64,000 bases of DNA from Isurus oxyrinchus (Eukaryota). This document shows positions 36,051-47,500 of the stretch, in pieces. A model generated the notes under the pieces. That model saw only the letters and a list, made by a program, of their open reading frames with translations. It had not been told where the DNA came from and searched no databases. Every line of letters begins with the position of its first letter. Position 1 is the first letter of the stretch. The stretch lies in contig JANJGN010000009.1 in assembly GCA_026770705.1 (NCBI GenBank), positions 163,618,001 through 163,682,000 on the forward strand, written 5' to 3'. Made by a program: the position numbers and the translations under genes.

Positions 36051-36444
36051 GTGGTCTCTACTGGATTCTACTGGACATCAGAAATCCAGTAGGGATTCCA
36101 GTTGCTTCAGCTAAATAGAGCTGGAACCACAGCACCTGTTCCCAATTGGACTAGGAGTCAGAGAGGGACAATGCAAGAACTGGGGCATAAACTCTCATTC
36201 AGTGGGTGGTGCAGTCTGAGGAGGACCTGAGAAGGCTTCGAGAGAAAGGTGGGAAAGTGGGAGAAAGGGAGACAGAGTCAGAAGCATCCGTTACATTTTC
36301 CCCAGAGTTGGTCACTCTGGCAGGATCAGCATCAGCCTCAGGGAAGGAGGCAACAGTGGAGGAGACGACAGTGGCGGAGGTGGAGGTGGCGATAGCAGCG
36401 GAACTGAAGGTTGCAGTGAAGTCAGCAACAACAGTGGAGAAGGA

Positions 36445-36892
36445 TGAGGTGGAGCTGGTGACTGAGGAGGCTGAGGTGGAGGCAGTGACTGAGGAGGCTG
36501 AGGTGGAGCTGGTGACTGAGGAGGCTGAGGTGGAGGCAGTGACTGAGGAGGCTGAGGTGGACGTGGTGACTGAGGAGGCTGAGGTGGAGGCAGTGACTGA
36601 GGAGGCTGAGGTGGACGTGGTGACTGAGGAGGCTGAGGTGGAGGCAGTGACTGAGGAGGCTGAGGAAGAGGCAGTGACTGAGGAGGCTCAGGTGGAGGTG
36701 GTGGCTGAGGAGACTGAGGTGGAGGTGATGACTGAGGAGGCTGAGGCGGAGGCAGTGACTGAGGAGGTTGAGGTAGAGGTGGTGACTGAGGAGGTTGAGG
36801 TGGAGGCAGTGACTGATGAGGTTGAGGTGGAGGCAGTGACTGAGGAGGTTGAGGTGGAGGCAGTGACTGAGGAGGCTGAGGTGGAGGTGGTT
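36445..36892. repeat. 27-bp minisatellite array 3 (~16-17 units)
   Basis: Same unit, with GAC/CTG variants. Confidence 0.95.
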
Positions 36893-37820
36893 GCCGAGGC
36901 GATGGAGGTAGTGAATGTGGGGGTGGAGGAGGAGACATCAGCAGCGACAGCAGCAGAGACAGTGACTGAGGCTGAGGAGGGGGAGGCAGCGGCTGTGACA
37001 GTGACAGAGGGAGAAGCAGCGAAGGCGGCAGCAGCAAAGGCTGAGGCCACAGTGAGGGAGGCTGTGGAGAGGGAGCTGGAGGTAGGGCAGAGGCAGCGAG
37101 GAGACGGTACGAGACCAGGAGCAGCAACAAAACCTGCCTTGTGGTTTGAGAGGCTCAGGGCAATGGCGACTGTGAGTTGATATCTTCCATGTGCCATGTG
37201 TGTGTCTCCGAGTCAGCGCACCGGACCACACTGCTTCTGCCCGATTAGGGCGCTTCAGTGGAGTCCGACACCAGTCCAGTGCCACCCAGCTCCCATTCCC
37301 GAGGACAGGTGATGGAACCTGCCCAGTGCCAGGATGAGCTGCTTGGTAAGATCGGGAGGTGGGAAGTAGAGAAGGCAGCCGACCAGGAAAAGCTGGAGGA
37401 TATCTCCAGGATTACTGACTGTCTCCAAGAAGAAACTCTTGTAGCCTTCAGGCAGGGTATATATATGTTTATATAGCTGCAATTTAAAGTTACCTGCCAC
37501 ATCCCTTTTAACACTTTCTAATGCAGCATCGCTCTGATCAGAATCAGATTTATTGGGGTTGTGCAAATGTCTCCCCAGCCTCTGATATAACAATAAAAAG
37601 CTGCTTTTTCCTTTCCAGTTGCAGTAAGAGGAATGTCCCAGCCTCTCAATGTGACAGGACAGCCCAGGACTATGTCTCTCAGTGCAACACCCAGGAACAC
37701 ACACAGTGCAGCCCCCACATTGATTGTTCCAGTTAGGGAGGGAAAAGCGTGCATGTGGAGTCAGTGTACAATTGGGAAGATATTGATTCTCACAACATTT
37801 CCACGGCTTTAAATCAAATT

Positions 37821-37925
37821 GAGTTCTGTTGAAGGGTCATGAGGACTCGAAACTTCAACTTTGCTCTTCTCCGCCGATGCTGACAGACCTGCTGAGTTTT
37901 TCCACTTATTTCTGTTTTTGTTTTA
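37821..37925 (+). mobile_element. Penelope-like terminal repeat with a degenerate minimal hammerhead ribozyme; related remnants at ~290-420 and ~26055-26265
   Basis: GAGTT-CTGTTGA-A-GGGTC(atgag)GACTC-GAAAC-TTC-AACTT gives stem I, core box, stem II, GAAAC and stem I'. It is followed by gatgctg.cagacctgctgagtttttcca. Confidence 0.5.
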
Positions 37926-38105
37926 TTCTGAGTGTTTTGCTTGGAGTCAATTACAAGCAGCGTAGACAATGTCTGTGTTTTAATTGTGTCTGGCTGTCCT
38001 CGTTTTTCACAATAAAATTTGCCAGGCTTTTACTCAACTTTTATTCTGAGTGTTTTTTCTGAGTTTATGGAGATATAACCTCATATTCTGCTGAAATGCA
38101 CTTTA

Positions 38106-38615
38106 NNNNNNNNNNNNNNNNNNNNNNNNNNNNNNNNNNNNNNNNNNNNNNNNNNNNNNNNNNNNNNNNNNNNNNNNNNNNNNNNNNNNNNNNNNNNNNN
38201 NNNNNNNNNNNNNNNNNNNNNNNNNNNNNNNNNNNNNNNNNNNNNNNNNNNNNNNNNNNNNNNNNNNNNNNNNNNNNNNNNNNNNNNNNNNNNNNNNNNN
38301 NNNNNNNNNNNNNNNNNNNNNNNNNNNNNNNNNNNNNNNNNNNNNNNNNNNNNNNNNNNNNNNNNNNNNNNNNNNNNNNNNNNNNNNNNNNNNNNNNNNN
38401 NNNNNNNNNNNNNNNNNNNNNNNNNNNNNNNNNNNNNNNNNNNNNNNNNNNNNNNNNNNNNNNNNNNNNNNNNNNNNNNNNNNNNNNNNNNNNNNNNNNN
38501 NNNNNNNNNNNNNNNNNNNNNNNNNNNNNNNNNNNNNNNNNNNNNNNNNNNNNNNNNNNNNNNNNNNNNNNNNNNNNNNNNNNNNNNNNNNNNNNNNNNN
38601 NNNNNNNNNNNNNNN
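38106..38615. other. Assembly gap (run of N)
   Basis: ~500 consecutive N. True gap size unknown. Confidence 0.99.
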
Positions 38616-39180
38616 CCCACACACACAAACAAACACAGTCAAACATATGCACACACACAAATATCCTCAATAACCCCACAAACACCGATACGCACAGACA
38701 GCAATATCGTCCATCACCCCACACACACACACAGAAACCTAAGCACACACAGTAATATCCTCAATCACCCCCACACACACACACACACATTCACACACAC
38801 ACACACACATACACACACACACACACAAACCTAAGCACACACAATAATATCCTCAATCACCCACACACACACACACACACATACACACACACATACACAC
38901 ACACACACACAAACATAAGCACACATAGTAATATCCTCAATCACCCCCACACACACACACACATTCACACACACACACAAACCTAAGCACACACAGTAAT
39001 ATCCTCAATCACCCCCACACACACACACATACACACACACACACACACAAACATAAGCACACACAGTAATATCCTCAATTACCACCCACCCCACACACAC
39101 ACACACACACACACACATACGCACACACAAACATAAGCACACACACTAATATCCTCAATCACATACACACACACACAAAC
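38616..39180. repeat. Composite (CA)n minisatellite: AAAC(C/A)TAAGCACACACAGTAATATCCTCAATCACCC + variable (CA)n
   Basis: About 7-8 units of ~60-80 bp abutting the gap. Confidence 0.9.
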
Positions 39181-39899
39181 ATGGGAATGCGTGATTCAGT
39201 TCATTGTTGACATTCTTGATCCTCATTTGGCCCTGCAATATATCAGTGCACCAGCAATAAACACCAACAGATAAACGGGAAAAGTAACCAGTTTGGACCA
39301 GTACTACTTACATCACCAGTATTTCTGGCTGTTCCTACTGGGCGACCGGTAATACCGCTGATATTGACAGTTTTACTGGTCCTACCTAGTTCAGAACTGG
39401 TCTTCATTTACCAGTTTGGAATTGGGATCGACTGGTGTCAGTATTACAGGGACTTCCTTCTGGGAATGACAATAAATGAATGTGCTTCTCAACTCACTGC
39501 ATTGTCAACCTGAGGTCCATTGCTTTAGACATGTAAGAGTGAAGACTTTACCCATGTGGAACAGATTGCCTTTAGAGGCCTGAGTTTCTTTCCGGTTTCA
39601 ATGGTTGAAAACTTTTTGTTGTGTACAGAATGGTGAGGGTGGATGTTCAATCCCAAATGAACGTAATTCAGTTTCAGCGCAATTCATTAACTCCACAAAT
39701 AATTTAACAATTGATGACCAACGTAAATAGAATTAAACTGAAAAAAATGTTTTCAAAGCTGTTGCACCTTGTCATGTAGATGGTGGCTTGAAACCACAAG
39801 AAAAATGTGCTGCTATTGTTAGGATTGAGGTGTGACAGAAAGCTGTGAATGTACAACAGGTGTTAGTCACAAAATGAAGGGTTGTGTTTGCAAATGGGA

Positions 39900-42800
39900 G
39901 AAGAAGAAGAATTGCATTGTTACAGGGCAAACACGTTGGCAGTAAGTGTTTGAAGGTTAAGCAGCTTCAGCTCAGAACAGACACTGAGACACACAAGGGA
40001 GAAGGAAAGTTACCTGGATTCTTTGTGCCAGGAGGCAATCACAGCTCTTAGGACAGGGTGAGTGTGACTGCGAGTGAGGCAGGTAAAGGGACCCAGAGGG
40101 CAGGAGCGCAGGAGCCTCAGCCTTTACAATTGTTCTACAGGTCTGAACTTTTCTCAGCTTGTTTGGACAAGAGCAGCGGGTGAGCAGGGGGGATGAGCGA
40201 ACTGACCATGGCACCATGGCACAGGAAGTCATCCAAGTGGGGGGAGCAAACAGGAATGTAGCGGTAGTGAGGGATAGTATAGTCAGAGGGATTGACACCG
40301 TTCTCTGCAGCAAACAGCGTGAGTCCACACGACCATGTTGCCTGCCCGGTGCCAGGGTGTGGGATGTCGGCTCGGGGCTGGGGAGGAACTTGCATTGGGA
40401 GGGGGAGCACCCAGTCATCGTGGTCCATGTAAGCACCAACGACATAGGCAGCACAGAGAAGGTGGTTCTGCACAATCAGTGTGAGGAATGAGGCATCAGA
40501 TTAAGAAGCAGAACCACAAAGGTCATAACCGATGGATTATTACCTGAGCCATGTGCAAATTGCCACAGGACAAATCAGACTCAGGAGGTGAATGTGGCTC
40601 AAAGGCTGGTGTGGAAGAAGTGGGTTCTGGTTTGTAGGGCACAAGAACCAGTACTGGGGAAAGTGGGATCTGTACCATTGGGATGGTCTACACCTGAACC
40701 GTGCTGGGACCAGTGTTCTTGCAAGCCACATAACTAGGGAGGTAGAGAGGGTTTTAAACTAAATAGTGGACAACAGATCATATTCGGGATAATGTTGTAA
40801 TTCAATGATCAGAGACAAGTCAAAAGATAAAGGTATTATTAGGAAAAATGAAAAACAGACACTGACAAGGGGGGATAGTGAGAACAAATCTAACAGTAAA
40901 TCAACAGATGAAACTAAAAGTTATAAAAGCATAAAAGGATAAAACTAAAAGCTCTGTATCTGAATGCACGTAGCATTCAAAACAAAACAGGTGAACTGAG
41001 AGCACACATAGAAATAAATAATTACAATTTGATAGCCATTACGGAGACTTGGCTGCAGGAGGACATGGATTGGGATGTGAATATTGAAGGGTACAGGGTA
41101 CTTAGGAAAGACAGGAAGCGAGGAAAAGGTGTAGCGGTGGCTCTGTTAGTGAATGATGGTATTAGTACAAGAGAGGAAGAAATAATTGGAGCTTGTCAGA
41201 AAGTCATGGTGATAATCATGGGAGACTTTAATTTACATATAGAATGGAAAAGTCAGATGGGCAAAGATAGCCTAACAGAGGATTACATTGAATGTTTTCA
41301 AGATAGTTTCTGAGAACGGCATGTTCTGGATTCAACCAGACAGCAGGCTATACTAGACCTGCTATTGTGCAATGAGATGGGAGGAATTAACAATCTCACC
41401 ATGAAGATGCCCCTAGGAAACAGTGACCATAATAGGATGAATTTTACATTCAGTTTGTAGGAGAGAGGAGTGGGTCTGCGTCTAAGGCGGGGATTTTTGG
41501 GCCCTGCTGCTGGTGGGACTCGCTGTGGGGGAGGCAGTTCCCCAGTCAGAAGCCCCACTGACTTGCGACAGGACAGGAAGGGCCGGCGAGCGGGTGTGGA
41601 AAATCCCACTGTAAGTTTTTAAACTTTAATAAGTGCAATTATAAGGACATGAAAGCTGGGATGGCTAAAGTGAATTGGCAAAATAGGTTAAGGGACAGGT
41701 CAATCGAGATGCAATGGCTCATATTTAAGGGGATATTTCAGAATGCACATTCCAACGAGTAAGAAAAAGTCTAAGTGACGGACACACCATCCGTGGTTAA
41801 CTTGAATGTTTAAACATAGTATCAACCTCGAAGGAAAAGTATATAATTCTGCAAAGACAGGTGGCAGGTCAGAAGATTGGACAGAATAAAAGGAACAGAA
41901 AAGAATGACTAACAGACTAATAAGAAGGGAAAATTTAGTCTATGAGAGAATATAACAGGAATATAACAACAGATAGGAAGAGTCTTTATAAGCACATAAA
42001 AAAGAAAAGAGTGAACAAAGTGTGTGCTGGTCCTATAGAAGGTGAGCCTGGAGAATTGATAATGGAAAACAAGGAGATGGCAGATGAATTGAACAGGCAT
42101 TTTGCACCAGTCATATTGAAAATGTTAGAAGCTATTATTAAAGAAATTATAGCAGGACACTTGGATAAGGTCATGGTCATCAGGCAGAATCAACATGGTT
42201 TTGTGAAAGGGAAATCTGTTCAACCAGTTTTTTGGAGTCCTTTGAGGAAGTAACATGTGCTGTGGATAAAGTGGAACTGGTGGATGTACTGTACTGAGGT
42301 TTCTAGAAGGCGTTTCATAAGTTATTGTGGAAAATAAAAGCTCACGGTATAGGGGGTCACATACTGGTATGGATAGAAAACTGTCTGGCTAACAAGAAAC
42401 AGAGTAGGCATGAATGAGTCTTTTTTAGTTTGGCAAGATATAAGAGTGTTGTGGCACAGGGATCAGTGCTGGGACCTCAACAGTTTGCACTTAATATCAA
42501 CGACTTGGATGAAGGGTTTGAAGGGATGGTTTCTGAATTTGCTGATGACACAAAGATAGGTAGAAAGTAAGTTGTGAGGGGGACATAAGGAGGCTACAAA
42601 AAGATATAGATAGGTTTAGACATTGGACAAAGATCTGGAAAATGGAGTATAATGTGGGAAAATGTAAAATTGTCCATTTTGGCAGGAAGAATAAAAGAGA
42701 AGCATGTTATCTTAATGGTGAGAGATTGCAGAGCTCTGAGGTGCAGAGGGATCTGGCTGTCCTAGTGCATGAATCACAAAAGGTTAGTATGGAGATACCG

Positions 42801-43285
42801 CAAGTAATTAGGAAAGCTGATAGAATGATTTCATTTATTGTGAAGGAGATTGAATTCAAAAGTAGGGAAGTTATTCTTCATCTGCATAGGGCACGAGTGA
42901 GACTACATTTGGAGGACTCTGTACAGTATTGGTCACAATATTTAAGGAAGGATGAAATGCATTGGAAGCAGTTCAGAGAAGGTTTACCAGGCTAATACCA
43001 GGAATGGGTGGATTGTCTAATGAGGAAAGGTTGGACAGACTAGGCTTCTATCTGCTGGAGTTTAGAAGAGTAAGAAGCGAATTGATTGAAACATATAAGT
43101 TCCTGAGGGGTCTTGACAGGGTGAGTGCAGAGAGGATGTTTCCTCTTGTGGGAAAATGAGGGGTCACCAATTTAGAACAGAGATTAGGTGATTTTTTTGA
43201 ACTCAGAGGCTCGTGAGTCTTTGGAAATCTCTTCCTGAAAAGGTGGTGAAGGGGAGGCTTCGAATATTTTTAAGGTAGAGGTGGA
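39900..43285 (+). mobile_element. Decayed CR1-clade LINE, copy in unit B, retaining more ORF1 5' sequence
   Basis: Homologous to 11185-14365. Upstream 39900-40108 has ORF1-like remnants (SKCLKVKQLQLR and ESYLDSL-type segments). Confidence 0.88.
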
Positions 43286-43427
43286 GTGGTACAAATCAGC
43301 AGTAATTTGTGGCAATTCACGATTCATTGGCTTTTTTCTTCATCGTCAAAAGTTGCTGATGATTTTCACATTAAAAGAGGTGTTTGTTGTTCATATCCCA
43401 TTATATTTTCAGTACGTTCTAGCCCAT

Positions 43428-44025
43428 TGTTATAGAGTTGATTTTCCAGGCAACTTTTCTGGGTGGAAACATTGAACTTTATTTACAAGACAGCAGCAGC
43501 AGCTACATGTGTGTATCTAACTCTATAACTAAAGGACAATTCCCGTGGAGGTTCCCCATGCTGCAAATTGGTTGGTTTACACAGATCATGTTCTCTTACA
43601 ACAAAGGATTATTCTTAATGTTACAGTCCTACATTGATCAAAACTATAATTATTACATTCCTCACCCTTTACCTTTTCTGTACATTTGTATTTACAAGGA
43701 TGTTGATCTCATAACATTAAAATACTTCCACAGGTCATGAAATTATAAGCTTGGTCTTTCAAATGGTTCCATGTGGAACGTTTTAGTTTCATGACCTCAG
43801 ATTCTCTGACAGGAACCACAGTCTCTGCAATAACATCAGGTACCTCATTAGACACAGGCAGATCAGTGTCGTCCACTCCGACAGAGACATCGGGCATGAC
43901 TATCCTTGGCTGTACAATTTTAACAGGAACAACAGGTTCAACAATGGCTACAGGTGGAAAATTATTTTGTGGGGTATCTCCATTCTTTTTAAATCAATCA
44001 GGAGCTTACCGGTGATCCACAAAGA
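43428..44025 (-). mobile_element. Gypsy-type 3' remnant, unit B copy
   Basis: Homolog of 14509-15110. Confidence 0.7.
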
Positions 44026-44330
44026 TTAGTAAATAAAACCAAAATATTAAGAAATCTCTGTATTCAATTTGACAACTAAATTTCAGAAATGAAAAAAATA
44101 CCTCTGTTCCTGTGGGGTTTGTGGAAATTGGGAGGGGGTTCCTGTTCTAACTCACCTCACAATTCAGTATAAATACTAGTTCAGCTCATCGTTATCCATA
44201 TGTTCTAACTTTTTAACATTCTTGTTTTCAGGATTTTATATCCTTTCAATGAAAATTAGTTTAGTTCTTTTGTTAAATATAACTGACAGAAGTTCAAGTT
44301 CTTGGGGTCAGATTTCATCAGCTGCCTTAA

Positions 44331-44373
44331 TGTGGTTTCATGACCTGGCTTCCTGCTATCTTCTTCCTCATTT
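44331..44373 (+). promoter_or_regulatory. Putative proximal promoter module of copy 2 (RUNX plus ETS/PU.1)
   Basis: Same motifs as copy 1, unchanged. Confidence 0.45.
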
Positions 44374-44473
44374 AAATTCCTTGTATCATTTATATTAGAC
44401 ACTTATTTCAATGTGAGAAACAAGAGCTGAGTGTCTGGAAACAAGTTCTGTCCTGATCTTTGTGAACAAAATG

Positions 44474-44510
44474 ATGTGGATTTTGATTCTCCTCATTAGT
44501 TCTCTGCCCG
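44474..44510 (+). CDS. Copy 2 exon 1, signal peptide
   Basis: (M)MWILILLISSLP, donor G|GTGAGT. Confidence 0.85.
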
Positions 44511-47500
44511 GTGAGTGACAGCCAGAGCTGGATGTTCCGATATTCTGAGTTGGTTTAACTCTCGTGCGCTGGTTATACAGCAGATGTTTAAATATTTGGA
44601 GACATGCAAAGGCACAAGAGAGGTCTTGGGCACAGTGGGTAGTGTCTCTGTATCTGAGCCAGAAGCTCTGTCTTTGAGCCCCACTCCTGTTCTTGTTGAG
44701 AATGGAAGGCGCGTTCTAACCAGGACCAACAGATTGATTATCAAACTGAAAATCTTCCAACAGACCGAAGGCTGGTGGTAAGAGGTTGAGAGATCCCAGT
44801 CCAACATGTTTGATGTGGAGTGGTGCCGCTCATTCTGTTGTCTCCGGAGGTTGTGACCTGTTCCAGGGAAAACAAGCTTTGGAATGCAAAAGTAAACATG
44901 TGCTTTGTCTGCCGCATCCGTCTCTAGATGTGGGAAGTCTCCTAAGTCTAAAGGCACAAAATAGTCAGCAAAACCAAATGAGTAATAATTGTGAAGTATT
45001 TTATTACCTTGTGAATTAACTATCACACCATGGGAATAGTTAACAAATAAACTGAACTGCATTATTAATTATGAATGATAAGTAAAGGAGAATTAAATTT
45101 TCAGAAAGCTATGCAAGCAACATTTTGAAAATGAAAACCTGTTTTAATTGATAATTTTCAATATAATCTGATGTCCAGTATACACTGAAGACTGCAGCGG
45201 TAATAATCCCACAAATAAAACATGTCCCAAGTTTGCAAATATTTCTGTTTTTTAAAGTACAGTTGATGAAATATTGTTTTATGAGGCTCTCTCAGTGACA
45301 CTGTTCCTCACTGGTAGATGGTTGGTCTACATCACTCTTCTCATAAGTAGCCTTTTCTTGTTCATTCTTTAACTTTAAGAAACTAGATTTTGCTCATCAC
45401 TCAGTATTGCCACCTCTCCATCATTTCGATGAATCTATTTTATAACACACAATGTTAAACTCCCAGACCCATCTGCTCTTAACCACCTCCCCAAAATATT
45501 TTGTGCCTCTAGCTGATCAATTTTATGCAGAATACTTGATGTACTTATGGACAGGAAACTGAATCATGTTTCTGTCTGTTTGGCAATCTTCTTCTTTTCA
45601 ATCCTTCCTCTTTCTGATCTGATCTCTTTCCCATTCCCTTTACATCTGTAACTTTCCCTGTATCTTTTTTCTTTTCTTCACTTCTCTCAAGCCATTTAAT
45701 TATTTTCAATCTCACTTTGGTTATTTTAGTGCAAACTCTTTCCCCACAGCATGAGTTTCTCTCCCAGCAAGGCCATTGGTCTCATGAATATTCAAGCAAA
45801 GGCATCCAAATCCCTACCTCAGGAATCCATCCATACTGTAAGGCCACCTATCACACAACCTCGCAAACCTTCAAGACCTTCAAATCCTACCTTTGGACAT
45901 CCCTAACTCATTCAAGATCTGAACAACCCCTCCTGCAAGGACACAAACCTCCTCTGCACCTCACCACCTCAGATCAGAGCAGGGAACTGTTGGCTCCTAT
46001 GACCCCCTTCACACTGCTCCCCAACTTACTGCAAATCAGGCCTGTCAATCAGACTGGTTTCTGGCTGTGGAACCTCCTGATGATGTCATACGCAGTCTAG
46101 GGTGAAACCCCAAAATATGGGAACCCCAAAACCCCAATTTCCAGGTTCCCTCACTCTACCAGCCCCTGCCAATATGTCAAGAAAATGTCCCAATTATCTC
46201 ATGAGCGTATCATTGTCTGAGACGTGCTTTGGAATACAGTGAGGCTCTGATAAGTGTCTATATGAATGATTACTCTCATCACAAACTTGATGGAATTTAA
46301 CTCATTAAAATGCATCTGTTTGAATTAAGCAGTTATTTCCAGTTCAATTCCTGAAATGTTGTCTCCTCAGTTTCAGGTGCATTGTGGGCAAAAGAGAGAG
46401 TAACAGGAGTTGTGGGAAGAGCGATCACAATAGAATGTCACTATGATGCGTGGTGGTACAAGTCACATATAAAATATTGGTGTCTTGGCTGGACTCGCCA
46501 GTGTAAAGTTGTAGCATCGACAAATTGGCGAAAGGGAAGAATATCGGTCACAGATAACAAGTCACAAGGATTATTTATTGTTACTATGGAGAATCTTGGC
46601 TCATGGGATACAGGATGGTACAGCTGTGGTATTGACAAAACAGGCCAAGATCCAATGTTTGCTGTCTGGCTACAAATATCTTACGGTACATTTCTTACTG
46701 ATTTTCTTTATTATTCTCGACTGAAATGTCTGATCAATGTTTTATCTGGGAGGAAACATGACAGCTCCGATATCCCGAGGCTCCACAACAATGCAGAGTC
46801 TTAAAGGTAAAGGGCAGTGGTCGGGAAATCCGACTCATGTTACCCAAACCCAATTCATGGCCTGTCCGACATGTCAGAGTTGAACTTTACAAGTGAACTA
46901 AACAGAAATTGAGAAGTTGTTTTGATGGTAAAAGAAGCCTCTTTATTAATTGTTGAGACATTGGGCTGGATATTCAGCCTCAAAGCGGGTAGGGGGAATT
47001 CGGAAAATTCCCCGCTCGGCCTTGGAAGAAAGTGCCCACAAAGGTGGGATTCCCATTGCTGGGAGCTGTGCCCGGGCTGCAGTCTGGCCAGCCACACCAG
47101 GAAGAAATGCAGAGGCAGCCACAGGGGCTGCCGGCTGCGGAGACGGGCTGTTTAAAAGGCCCCTCCTTAATGCCCTTGGACTTTGTAACAGCTAAAATCA
47201 AAACATAAAGGCCCTTCACCCCTCACCCCTCACAGCCCACAAAGAGGGTGGGTGTAAGGGGAAAATTTGTCATGAGGGGGCTTGGAGGTGGGTGGAAGTG
47301 TACAGCTTGAAGTCAGGAACATGAGGGGCTATAAGGCGTGGGTATAGGGATAGAGGGGGAACGAAGGGCCAAGCGGGTTGGATGTGACTTGACATAGCGG
47401 GCATGAGATGCACCTTTTGAACTTAGCTGTTAAAAGATCCCCTCATGAAGACCAGTGTTTACAGCTCCTCTGAGGGGCTTTGGACTACGACTCATTCAAA

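Larger units (their letters stand above)
35573..39464. mobile_element. Probable CMC/EnSpm(CACTA)-like TIR element spanning the gap, carrying minisatellite array 3 and the CA satellite
   Basis: Left end CCCAGTAGGAAAT. Right end ACTTCCTTCTGGG, plus a perfect internal inverse TTCCTACTGGG at 39332-39342. CCAGT/ACTGG-rich subtermini at 36050-36155 and 39285-39450. No TSD seen. Confidence 0.45.

Noticed and set aside
38065-38755. ORFs of 183-227 aa spanning the N run
   Set aside because: Artefacts of translating N.
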